Assembly: GCA_001770205.1 (NCBI GenBank)
Contig: MEQL01000027.1
Location: 62,001-115,615, forward strand
Length of the DNA: 53,615 bases
Direction: 5' to 3'
From: Bdellovibrionales bacterium RIFOXYD12_FULL_39_22
GTDB lineage: Bacteria; Bdellovibrionota; Bacteriovoracia; Bacteriovoracales; Bacteriovoracaceae
In this document: positions 8,820 through 18,604 of the stretch, piece after piece
Numbering within the stretch: position 1 is the stretch's first letter
Layout of the letters: every line of letters starts with the position of its first letter
The notes under the pieces: generated by a model
Seen by the model: only the letters and a program-made list of their open reading frames with translations
What the model was told of the DNA's origin: nothing
Database searches by the model: none
Program-made: the position numbers and the translations under genes

Positions 8820-10469
8820 ATGGGTGATGTGATTCTAGTAATAACTCTTTTGTTGATCTGTTTGGGACTAGGGGCCGTAATTGGTAAGTACATGGCCCGT
8901 TCGCTAAATGATGAAAAGATCTGTTTGACCGATCGTTTTATTTGTAGAATGGGAATAGACACAAAATCACAGATGAACTGGAAAGAATATCTGCTATCAA
9001 CGCTAGTGTTCACTGCTTTTGGATTTATCTTTCTTCAAGCAGTAATAATGTGCCAAGCATGGTTACCACTAAATCCAAATCATCGTCCAAACTTACCATT
9101 TTTGATGGCATTTAATATTACTACAAGTTTTGTAACTAACACGAACTGGCAAAACTATGCAGGAGAATCAACCATGGGCCTTTTTTCTCAGATGGTTGGA
9201 TTGACTGTGCAGAATTTTTTAAGCGCAGCAGTTGGCGTTGCCGTCTTATTGGCCTTTGTTCGTGGTCTTTTAATAAAAGAGAGCATTACTCTTGGAAATT
9301 TTTGGAAAGACGTTAGTCGATTTACGATTAAAATTTTACTCCCATTATCAATATTGTTTGCGATATTTTTTATACAACAAGGCATGCCTCAAACATTTAA
9401 GGGGACTATTACGGCAACAACGCTTGAGGGAAAAGCGGTAAAGATTCCCGTCGGGCCAGTTGCTTCTCAAATGGCAATTAAGATGATTGGTGGAAATGGT
9501 GGAGGTTTTTATAATGGTAATGCTACTCATCCTTTTGAAAACCCAACTCCCATTTCCAATTTCATACAATTAATTTTGATATTACTTCTTCCTGTATCGT
9601 GTGTTTTCATGCTCATCTTTATGTTACCTAATCGCAAAGAAGGATACATGATCTTATCAGTGATGGGAGTGATGCTTTTGGTCGGAATTGGGATTTCTTA
9701 TTGGGGACAAAGTCAGATTAATTCGATCACGCAAATGAAATTTTTGGAAGGAACAGAGAGCAGATTTTCTACTTTTGAATGTTCATTATGGTCAGTATTG
9801 ACTACTGCGGTAGCAAACGGTTCGGTTAATTGCATGCACAGTTCTTTATCCCCACTGTCTCAATTGGTAGCTTTGTTTAATATGATGACTGGAGAAGTGA
9901 TTTTTGGAGGAGTTGGTTCTGGATTATACGGAATGTTTTTATACGTTCTTTTAACTGTCTTTCTCGCTGGTCTGATGGTTGGACGAACCCCAGAGTACTT
10001 TGGAAAAAAAATTGAGACCAAAGAAGTGTATTGGGTTGGTATAGCATTGCTTTTTCCCGGACTGCTAAACTTAGTTTTTTCCGCAATTGCCTTAAATACA
10101 TCAAGTGGACTTTCTTCAATCTCCCATAGTGGAGAGCATGGACTAAGTGAAGTGCTATATGCCTTTTCTTCTTCTTTTGGAAACAACGGCTCGGCCTTTG
10201 CTGGACTTTCTGCTAATACAGATTTCTATAATACCTTTACTGGCATGGGAATGCTTTTTGGTAGGTTCATTGTGATTGTCGCCTGCCTTGTTATCGCCGG
10301 AAGGCTGGGGGTAAAAAAGGCCATTGTGGCAGGCCCTGGTACTCTTAAGACAGATACGACAGTTTTTGCCTTTTTGTTATTGGGAGTAATTATTGTAATG
10401 GGTGCCCTGACTTTTTTCCCGGCGTTAGTTTTAGGACCAATAGCAGAGCACTTAATAATGGGACAATAG
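8820..10469 (+). CDS. kdpA: Potassium-transporting ATPase subunit A
   Basis: SFVTNTNWQ.Y.GE, GPVASQ.AIK, HPFENPT, GGVGSG, GRTPEY.GKK, NNGSAF motifs. Confidence 0.98.
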   Translation: MGDVILVITLLLICLGLGAVIGKYMARSLNDEKICLTDRFICRMGIDTKSQMNWKEYLLSTLVFTAFGFIFLQAVIMCQAWLPLNPNHRPNLPFLMAFNITTSFVTNTNWQNYAGESTMGLFSQMVGLTVQNFLSAAVGVAVLLAFVRGLLIKESITLGNFWKDVSRFTIKILLPLSILFAIFFIQQGMPQTFKGTITATTLEGKAVKIPVGPVASQMAIKMIGGNGGGFYNGNATHPFENPTPISNFIQLILILLLPVSCVFMLIFMLPNRKEGYMILSVMGVMLLVGIGISYWGQSQINSITQMKFLEGTESRFSTFECSLWSVLTTAVANGSVNCMHSSLSPLSQLVALFNMMTGEVIFGGVGSGLYGMFLYVLLTVFLAGLMVGRTPEYFGKKIETKEVYWVGIALLFPGLLNLVFSAIALNTSSGLSSISHSGEHGLSEVLYAFSSSFGNNGSAFAGLSANTDFYNTFTGMGMLFGRFIVIVACLVIAGRLGVKKAIVAGPGTLKTDTTVFAFLLLGVIIVMGALTFFPALVLGPIAEHLIMGQ

Positions 10470-10492
10470 ATGTAAAGGAAGAGGCATATATT

Positions 10493-12580
10493 ATGAATGA
10501 AGCAAATACTGATATTGATTTTAAAAAAGGACTGGATTTTAAAAATGCAATTATTGACTCTTTTTTTAAACTTTCTCCGCGAACTCAAATCAAAAACCCG
10601 GTTATGTTTGTTGTCTACCTCGGTTGTCTTTCAACTACCGCAGTATGTTTTGTATCAATGATAAACCAAACCCTAAGCTTCTTTGAAATACAGATAACTG
10701 CTTGGTTATGGTTTACCGTTTTATTTGCGAACTTTGCCGAAGCAATCGCAGAACGCAAAGGCAAGGCGCAAGCAGATAGTCTAAAAAAATCAAGAACAGG
10801 AGTTAATGCAAAAGTTGTTGAAGGTAAAAATATTCGTGTTATGTCTGCAGATGATTTAAAAAAGGGGATGATTATTCTATGCGAGATCGGCGATCTTATA
10901 GCTGCCGATGGCGAAGTTATCGAAGGAATTGCTAGCGTAGATGAGTCGGCAATTACTGGAGAATCTGCGCCGGTGATCAGGGAAGCTGGCGGAGATCGAT
11001 CAGGTGTAATGGCCGGGACAAGAGTGGTGAGTGATTACATCAAAGTAATGGTTAGTTGCGAAAAGGGCGAAAGTTATCTTGATAAAATGGTTGCACTTAT
11101 TGAAGGCGCTGAAAGACGAAAGACACCTAATGAAGTGGCCCTAGGTATTCTGTTAGTTTTTTTAACTGTATTATTTATTGTCTGCGTAATAACTCTTAAG
11201 TTTTTTTTAATTTATCTAAAAGGTGGAACTGCTTCAATTGATCATAAAGAATTTTTAATCCTAATTTCACTTCTTGTGTGCCTTGCTCCAACCACCATAG
11301 GCGGACTTCTTTCCGCTATAGGAATTAGTGGAATGGAGAGATTACTAAAAAGAAATGTGTTGGCCAAAAGCGGTAAGGCCGTAGAAACTGCCGGCGATAT
11401 TGATGTGCTCTTGTTAGACAAAACTGGCACGATCACCTATGGTGCCCGAATGTGTTACGAGATAATTCCGGCCCAGGGTGTTTCAATTGATGATTTGGCC
11501 CGCGCAGCATTCCTTGCTTCACTAGAAGATCAAACTCCAGAAGGCAAATCGATTGTTCAATTTTTATATCAAAAATTTAATGTAAAAAAAGATAACCAAA
11601 AAGATGATACCATTTGTTTTATTCCGTTTTCTGCCGAAACAAGAATGAGTGGAGCTGATCTAATGGATGCGAGCGGAAAAATAATTTCCTCAGTTAGAAA
11701 AGGTGCCAGCGAATCCATGCGACAATTTATTATTTCCCTCCACGGTGATTATCCTCAATCGGTTGCAGATGCCGCCAAGATGATTTCTCAAAAGGGAGGA
11801 ACACCCTTGGTTGTCTCTATTGATGAACATGTGCTAGGCGTAATTTACCTAAAAGATATAATAAAACAGGGTATCCAAGAGCGTTTTGCAATGCTTCGAA
11901 AAATCGGAATTCGCACTGTTATGGTCACTGGCGATAATCCTTTGACTGCAGCAACTATCGCAGCGGAAGCGGGGGTGGATGATTTTATTGCGGAGGCAAC
12001 ACCTCATGCTAAATTACAACGGATTATTGATGAACAAGAAAGTGGCCATATGGTGGGCATGATTGGTGATGGCACCAATGATGCTCCGGCACTGGCGCAG
12101 GCCGATGTGGGAATTGCTATGAATTCTGGCACGCAAGCCGCCAAGGAAGCGGGGAATATGGTTGATTTGGATTCGGATCCAACCAAACTTTTGGATGTGG
12201 TGGAAACAGGCAAGGAACTTTTAATGGCCAGAGGAGCTTTAACGGCCTTCAGTATCGCCAATGATATTTCCAAGTACTTTACGATATTGCCGGCAGTTTT
12301 AGTTGGAGTGGTAGTGATAAATGGACATGATCTACTGTCAGTTTTAAATATTTTAAAATTGAAAACTCCAGAAAGTGCTATTTAAAGTACAGTAATATTT
12401 AATGCACTAGTAATTGTTGCGCTAATCCCCGTTGCGCTTAAAGGCGCTGGGCAAGCGCGAAGTAGCGCTCATGAACTTTTAAAAAGAAATGTATTTATCT
12501 ATGGAATGGGGGGAATAATTGTACCATTTGTTGCTATCAAGTTTATCGATCTTTTTGTCAATTTTTTATCACTAGTGTGA
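10493..12580 (+). pseudogene. kdpB: Potassium-transporting ATPase subunit B, interrupted by an in-frame TAA at 12383-12385
   Basis: TGES, DKTGT, GDGTND present. After ESAI* the same frame continues [20 protein letters not shown]...[22 protein letters not shown] to TGA at 12578-12580, matching the KdpB C-terminus. Confidence 0.9.
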
Positions 12581-12599
12581 GTTTTTTTGGAGATGTGAA

Positions 12600-13193
12600 A
12601 TGAAAAAATATATTTATCCGGCATTTGTGCTCAATCTTTTTTTTACTGTCTTATTAGGAATTTTATACCCTGGAGTTTTGGACTTTATCGGCAATCTTTT
12701 TTTTCACAATCGTGCAAGCGGTAGTGTAATATTGGATGATACTGGTAGAATAATTGGCAGTGAATTTATTGGACAAATCTGGAATAGCGAAAAGTATTTT
12801 TGGGGGAGGCCATCGGCATCCAATTATGATGCAATGAATTCAGGGGGGACTAACTATTCGCCGATTGACACAAGGACATTAGGAAAAATTACCGAAGCAA
12901 AAAAACGCTTCCAAAATCAGTCAGGTATTCCAGAAGAATTACTATTATCTTCTGGCTCCGGGCTTGATCCTCACATCTTATTTAATTCAGCAATCTTTCA
13001 AATGCCTCGCATCGTTGGTGCTTGTGAAGGAAAAATAAATGAAGAAGAGTTAAGAAAATTAATCATTAGAAATTCAGAGGGAAAAGATTTTGGAATTTTG
13101 GGACAAGAGAGAGTAAATGTATTAAAATTAAATATAGCGCTAGATAAACAGTGCCAAGTTAAAGGTAGCGGAAACGTAGATGGCCATAAATGA
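12600..13193 (+). CDS. kdpC: Potassium-transporting ATPase subunit C
   Basis: GSEFIGQ, YFWGRPSA, SGSGLDPHI, RVNVLKLNIALD. Confidence 0.97.
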   Translation: MKKYIYPAFVLNLFFTVLLGILYPGVLDFIGNLFFHNRASGSVILDDTGRIIGSEFIGQIWNSEKYFWGRPSASNYDAMNSGGTNYSPIDTRTLGKITEAKKRFQNQSGIPEELLLSSGSGLDPHILFNSAIFQMPRIVGACEGKINEEELRKLIIRNSEGKDFGILGQERVNVLKLNIALDKQCQVKGSGNVDGHK

Positions 13194-15843
13194 AAAAGCA
13201 CGACGCATCCTTGATCATGTGACAAGTTCAGAAAATTCTCTGGCCCGCGGTCGTCTTAAAATATTTTTAGGAATGGTTGCTGGAGTTGGGAAAACCTATG
13301 CAATGCTTGCGGCCGCAAAAATATTAAAAGACAACGGCGTTAATGTTGTTGTTGGATTAATTGAAACTCACGGACGACAAGAAACTCAACAGATGCTGGA
13401 AGGCCTGCCAATTCTTCAAAAAAAAGAGATCTCATATAAGGGTAAAATTTTTCAAGAACTAGATATCGATAATATCATATTTCGACATCCTGAAGTGGTT
13501 TTAATTGATGAGCTTGCTCATACCAATGTTCCAGGATCACTTCATGAGAAAAGATATCAAGATGTATTAAATATTTTAGGACAAGGAATAGATGTATATA
13601 CAACGCTGAATGTTCAACACATCGAAAGTTGCGCAGGTGTTATTCAAAATATTACAGGTGTAGTTATTAGCGAAACGTTACCTGATACAGTTTTAGATGC
13701 TTCCAGCGAAATTGTTCTAATCGATCTTGATCCAGAACAAGTCATTGAAAGATTAAAAAGTGGTAAAATTTATCCCAAAGAAAAAATTCAATCGTCGCTT
13801 GAAAATTTTTTTAAAAAAAGTAATCTGGTTGCTCTTCGCGAAACAGTTTTGCGACTTTTGGCAGATCGAGTAAATGTTGAGCTTAGAGACTTGAAAGTCG
13901 TGCATGGAATTCCTCAGATTTGGAAAACTAGCTTTCGCATTTTAGTGCCTATCTTGTCCTCAAGCGATGGTGAATATTTAATTAGGATGACAAGGAGAAT
14001 GGCGGCCGGCCTCAACGCCCGTTGGTTTGCCATCTATATTGAGGGACAACAGAGAGAAATTATTTCAGACGATGAGAAGGGCCTTCGAAAAAATGCCATG
14101 CTGGCAAAGCAGTTAGGGGCAGAAGTTATATCTATTCATGACAGTAGTTTTAATGACGGAATTGCTAGAGTTATTCGGGAACATCAAATCACACATCTTG
14201 TTGTGGCAAGAAAGCAGAAGAAAATATCTAAACAAGTTGCCGACTTGGCCATTTTGTTTCCAGAAGTTGATATAGTTTTTTTGAGTATGGAAAAAAATGG
14301 CCACACCCGTTTGAAGAAGAGAAGATTTGAATTTAATTTTCGTTCTATGTGGTCTTGGAAAAATTTGGGAATGTCCTTTCTCGTGCTTGGCATACTAACA
14401 ATATTTCTTACCAGATTATTACCTGTTCCTGAATATCAAATTGCCGGAATGATCTATCTGCTTTTTCTTTCGGTAAATGCACTTTTTTCAACACCATCAA
14501 CTGTCATTATAACCACTATTATAACTGGCCTTTTATGGAATTTTCTTTTTATTCCACCCCGTTATACATTTCATATTTATTCTAATGCAGATTGGTTGAC
14601 GCTTGCTGGATTTGTAATTGTTTCACTAGTGACAGGACTACAAACAGTTCGTATAAAAAGTAAAGAACGTATTGTTGATGCCAATGATGAACGATTGGGG
14701 TTTATGCATTTTTTAACTAAAAATCTTTTTGAGGTTTCTGGTATTTCAAAAATTATCGGATTGACTATTGAAAGACTCTCAAAAAAATTTAACGTTGAAG
14801 CCGGTGTTATTTTACCTGATAGAAACAGACGAGAGCATCTTGATGGAAGGATTCTTGGAGAAGGAATAAGGCTACCAGACAAAGAGTTACATGTTGCGCA
14901 ATGGGTTTTTTCTAATGGCCGAAGTGCTGGACATTTTACTGATACGCTAAGTTCCGCAGAAGGAATGTACTTTCCTCTTAACTATAAAAATGTGGGATAT
15001 GGTGTTTTGTGTGTGATGCCCAAAGGACAGCTTTTTAGCAGCAATCAGGTATCAATATTTGAAGATGTTGCTCATCACTTAGCATTGGTAATTGATAAAG
15101 AGATGCTGGAGGAGAGGTCTCGCAATGTTCAAATTCAACAGGCCTCTGAAAAAATCTATTCAACTTTATTTAATTCAGTATCTCATGAACTAAAAACTCC
15201 GCTTTCTGCTATTTCTGGCGCGGCCTCTTCTTTACTTGAAGATGAGATTGCTAAGAGGCCAGAACTAGTAAAAAAAATTTCCCGAGAAATAATAATCGGA
15301 TCTCAGAAGATGCACGGGTTAATCCAAAATTTATTAGACATGAATCGGATTGAATCGGGAAAGGTTGTACTTAAAAAAGACTTTCATGATATTGTGGAAG
15401 TGATAGGGCGAGTGCTTTCTTATGTCGAGCAATATTATCCAGAGAGGAAAGTGGAACTGTTTTTATCGGAAGAAAAATTACCATTTGTTTTTATCGACGA
15501 CGGCCTAATAGAACAGGCCATAAAAAACATCCTTCAAAATGCATGTCTTTATACACCCATTGACACTAATATAACTATTTCATTAAACAAATTTAACAAT
15601 TATTTAAAACTATCAATTCGTGACCATGGCCCAGGTTTGCCAGTGAATAATCCTTATATCGTTTTTGATAAATTTTATCGCAAAGATAATATGGTTACAG
15701 CGGGGACTGGAATTGGCCTAACAATCTCCAGGGCCATTATCGAGTTGCATAATGGTATTATTGAAGTAGGAAACCATCCGGAAGGAGGGGCATTATTTAA
15801 TGTCAAAATACCGATCGTTCAGACTACTATGGAGGGAGGATAG
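13180..15843 (+). CDS. kdpD: Sensor histidine kinase KdpD
   Basis: RGRLKIFLG..AGVGKTYAML, DELAHTN, USP-like domain, 4 TM, SHELKTPL, HATPase domain. Confidence 0.97.
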   Translation: MAINEKARRILDHVTSSENSLARGRLKIFLGMVAGVGKTYAMLAAAKILKDNGVNVVVGLIETHGRQETQQMLEGLPILQKKEISYKGKIFQELDIDNIIFRHPEVVLIDELAHTNVPGSLHEKRYQDVLNILGQGIDVYTTLNVQHIESCAGVIQNITGVVISETLPDTVLDASSEIVLIDLDPEQVIERLKSGKIYPKEKIQSSLENFFKKSNLVALRETVLRLLADRVNVELRDLKVVHGIPQIWKTSFRILVPILSSSDGEYLIRMTRRMAAGLNARWFAIYIEGQQREIISDDEKGLRKNAMLAKQLGAEVISIHDSSFNDGIARVIREHQITHLVVARKQKKISKQVADLAILFPEVDIVFLSMEKNGHTRLKKRRFEFNFRSMWSWKNLGMSFLVLGILTIFLTRLLPVPEYQIAGMIYLLFLSVNALFSTPSTVIITTIITGLLWNFLFIPPRYTFHIYSNADWLTLAGFVIVSLVTGLQTVRIKSKERIVDANDERLGFMHFLTKNLFEVSGISKIIGLTIERLSKKFNVEAGVILPDRNRREHLDGRILGEGIRLPDKELHVAQWVFSNGRSAGHFTDTLSSAEGMYFPLNYKNVGYGVLCVMPKGQLFSSNQVSIFEDVAHHLALVIDKEMLEERSRNVQIQQASEKIYSTLFNSVSHELKTPLSAISGAASSLLEDEIAKRPELVKKISREIIIGSQKMHGLIQNLLDMNRIESGKVVLKKDFHDIVEVIGRVLSYVEQYYPERKVELFLSEEKLPFVFIDDGLIEQAIKNILQNACLYTPIDTNITISLNKFNNYLKLSIRDHGPGLPVNNPYIVFDKFYRKDNMVTAGTGIGLTISRAIIELHNGIIEVGNHPEGGALFNVKIPIVQTTMEGG

Positions 15844-16535
15844 TGGCACTTCCCAAAACTATTCTTATAATTGACGATGAATCTCAGATTCAAAGACTCT
15901 TAACAAGCTCTTTTTCTGCGTTTGATATTTCAGTGGTCTCTGCACTTAGCGGTGCACGAGGAATAGAACTGGCCATTGCCTCTAGACCGGAATTTATTCT
16001 TCTTGATATCGGACTTCCGGATATGAGCGGACTTAATGTTTTATCGGAAATTAGGTCTTGGTCAAAAACTCCAATAATTGTTTTGTCGGCCCGGGATGAG
16101 GAAGATACTATCGTGTTTGCTTTGGAAAATGGTGCTGATGACTATGTAACAAAGCCCTTTAATTTTCGTGAGCTGCTGGCCAGAATCAAGTTAACTTTTT
16201 TAAGACAAACCCCCGAGGCAAACTCTGTTTTTTCTTCAGGTCATTTAGAAGTAAATTTTACTTCAAGGACGGTAAAAGTTAAAGGCCAAGAGATTTCTCT
16301 GACTTCTACTGAGTACGATCTTTTAAAACTTTTTATTCGTCATGCAGGAAAGGTATTAACTCATCAGCAATTATTAAAGGCGGTATGGGGCCCAAACGCA
16401 ATAGAGTCCCCGCAATATGTCAGAGTATATGTAGGACATCTTCGTCATAAAATTGAAGAAACTCCTCATCGACCCAAATTGATTATAACCGAAACAGGTG
16501 TTGGCTATAGAATGAAAATACACCTTGAAAAATAG
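15843..16535 (+). CDS. kdpE: Response regulator KdpE
   Basis: Receiver (LLDIGLPD, GADDYVTKPF) plus OmpR-type winged helix; follows kdpD. Confidence 0.95.
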   Translation: MALPKTILIIDDESQIQRLLTSSFSAFDISVVSALSGARGIELAIASRPEFILLDIGLPDMSGLNVLSEIRSWSKTPIIVLSARDEEDTIVFALENGADDYVTKPFNFRELLARIKLTFLRQTPEANSVFSSGHLEVNFTSRTVKVKGQEISLTSTEYDLLKLFIRHAGKVLTHQQLLKAVWGPNAIESPQYVRVYVGHLRHKIEETPHRPKLIITETGVGYRMKIHLEK

Positions 16536-16546
16536 TAGGAAAAAAC

Positions 16547-17218
16547 GTGGATTTTTTTGAATTTACATTTGGGCAAACATTTTTAAATACCCCTATCAAT
16601 GCACAGAAGTCGAAAAATTTTTATAACGAAAAATGGCTTTACCTTATTGGCGGTATTCATGGTGAAGAAATAGAGGGTATTTATCTGATTACGGAAATAA
16701 TATCATGGCTAAAGGAATCTACCGAGCTGACTTTTCCGTGTTTGGCGATTTCTGTTTTAGATGTCGATGGATACACTTATCAAGATCAGATACTTCCAAA
16801 CAAAGTTAATCTTAATAATATGTTTCCAACTTCTGCATTAAGGAGTGTCGATGTTACAAGTAAGGTTAATTCGATCAATACTCTTCGGCCGGAGGTCCTA
16901 TCTCTAATAAAGGCACTACGTGAATATCCACCTCAGCTAGTCATCAATTTTCGGACTGCACATACATCTCCAAAAATTATTTCTGTAGGAGATGATGCTA
17001 TAAGTTCTGCAACATTTCTTTCTAAAACAATTGGGTATCCACTTATTTCAGATAATCGGCCATCTCCGAGTACTCTAGAAGCATTCATCTATGATTTTTT
17101 TCTTTGTCCAATAATTACAATTCGACTACCACACTATTCAAACAGCAAGACGGTTAAGGATATTTTTAATGAAAACATAAAGGGATTTCGGCAACTTTTC
17201 TCCGGGCAAATTTATTAA
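16547..17218 (+). CDS. Degenerate M14 carboxypeptidase / MpaA-like protein
   Basis: GGIHGEEIEG (HxxE) retained; later catalytic motifs appear altered. Confidence 0.65.
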   Translation: MDFFEFTFGQTFLNTPINAQKSKNFYNEKWLYLIGGIHGEEIEGIYLITEIISWLKESTELTFPCLAISVLDVDGYTYQDQILPNKVNLNNMFPTSALRSVDVTSKVNSINTLRPEVLSLIKALREYPPQLVINFRTAHTSPKIISVGDDAISSATFLSKTIGYPLISDNRPSPSTLEAFIYDFFLCPIITIRLPHYSNSKTVKDIFNENIKGFRQLFSGQIY

Positions 17219-17280
17219 ACACAAATCAAAAAAATTTGTGGCAATATCTTGCTGGCAATCACACTCATTCACGCGCCCAC

Positions 17281-17739
17281 TTATAATTTGCGGCAATCTT
17301 TGGTATCGCTATACCATGGGCCGTACATCCCGCTACAGGCCGCGACTTTATATTTATCCCGTAGAGATTCATCAACACCTAGACCATTCAAAAACTCACC
17401 ATTTTCGAAAGCATCTCGAGCGAAATTACTATAGGCACTCTTAGCGCATTCATCATCAGGCCGAAAATGTAAATAGGTGCTCATTTTGCTGCCGAGCTGT
17501 TTCATTGGGATTAATATTGCATCGTTGGCCGGAATAAGAAACGCCTCTAAATCGCCATATGGAGTATATTTTTTTTCAATAAGGCCCTGCGAAAATATGC
17601 TTTTCATACATTTTTTTAAATCACTTTGGTTTTTTAAGGGCCCAGGGCAACTGGCCATAAGATTGGAGAAAAGCAGGGTAGACAGCACAGTAATTACAGT
17701 AATTACAGTAATTACAGTAATTACAATGGAATTATGCAT
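17281..17739 (-). CDS. Small secreted Cys-containing hypothetical protein
   Basis: 152 aa ORF, hydrophobic N-terminus that includes a tandem repeat, several Cys. Confidence 0.65.
   Translation of the reverse strand: MHNSIVITVITVITVITVLSTLLFSNLMASCPGPLKNQSDLKKCMKSIFSQGLIEKKYTPYGDLEAFLIPANDAILIPMKQLGSKMSTYLHFRPDDECAKSAYSNFARDAFENGEFLNGLGVDESLRDKYKVAACSGMYGPWYSDTKDCRKL
17687..17725. repeat. 9-bp tandem repeat (ACAGTAATT)x4.3
   Basis: Read directly; encodes the (VIT)n stretch in the signal peptide of 17281-17739. Confidence 0.95.
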
Positions 17740-17834
17740 ATGATCCTTTTGTTAACAATGGATGCTTTCTGTAAACAGTAGTCAGCATATCACAAAACAA
17801 GGTTGTGGGCCCAAAGTGGCGCAGGCGGTTGTTC

Positions 17835-17881
17835 ATAATTACATATTACTGTCTAAAAAATTGTCACTAATATGTAATTAT
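17835..17881. repeat. 14-bp perfect inverted repeat in a divergent promoter region
   Basis: ATAATTACATATTA (17835-17848) and TAATATGTAATTAT (17868-17881), 19-bp spacer. Confidence 0.85.
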
Positions 17882-17949
17882 TTTTGATTGATAGAAGGAG
17901 ATAGACCACAGTGACAGTTAGTTATATTCTTTTGTCATTGGAGGTTTGT

Positions 17950-18459
17950 ATGAAAACAGTTCTTTGGGTATTTGCGGTACTATTAATCACGGTTGGGATG
18001 CAAAAAGGTTTTAGCAAGGAAAAATATTCGATGAATGGAATCGATATGAATAATTGCGTTTATTGTCATTCATACAACGTAAACGCTAATGTCGGCGGAC
18101 ATGTTTTTGTATCGCGCTGTGATTTGTGTCATGCCGGCCATCGCCAAAAGACGGCCAATCCACATAGATTGCTTCGGTCAGTAAATGATACTTGTCTGGA
18201 ATGCCATGATGATCTTCCACGCAGTGGCCATCCGATTAATAAACATCCAATTAAAGGTAAAAAAGATCCTCTATACCCTAAGAAAGAATTTTCCTGCGCC
18301 TCCTGTCACAATCCACATGGTTCAGATATGCCAAAACTTTTTCGTTACAAATATGAAGAAGGATTTGGTGATATGATGATGTGCGTGCTCTGTCATCGTG
18401 GAAAATATGCACTCGGACTTCCTGTTGGACCGATACCACCATGGAATTTTTGGAAATAA
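17950..18459 (+). CDS. Periplasmic pentaheme cytochrome c (doubled-CXXCH type)
   Basis: Signal peptide; CVYCH, CDLCH, CLECH, CASCH(NPHGS), CVLCH; RBS GGAGG before ATG 17950. Confidence 0.9.
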   Translation: MKTVLWVFAVLLITVGMQKGFSKEKYSMNGIDMNNCVYCHSYNVNANVGGHVFVSRCDLCHAGHRQKTANPHRLLRSVNDTCLECHDDLPRSGHPINKHPIKGKKDPLYPKKEFSCASCHNPHGSDMPKLFRYKYEEGFGDMMMCVLCHRGKYALGLPVGPIPPWNFWK

Positions 18460-18604
18460 ACTTCTTAATAAACTTCTTTTAAAGTTTAGATTTTGAGTTA
18501 AGCCGACCTTTTTCCTTTTCTTCTAATGATGACGATCCATTGTTAAAGTTACCATATAAATAAGCCGTAACGATTTAAGTACTTTTCTACTTTTGGAGTG
18601 AGAT

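Noticed and set aside
12383..12385. Genetic-code reassignment or programmed readthrough of TAA
   Set aside because: TAA correctly ends conserved genes such as rpoD and trmB; a single TTA->TAA change explains the stop.
17687..17725. CRISPR array (also considered for 35291-35319)
   Set aside because: Repeats are too short, lack spacers of suitable length, and no cas genes are present.
17849..17867. Pho box (CTGTC..TTGTCAC)
   Set aside because: Half-site spacing is 12, not 11, and no phosphate genes are adjacent.
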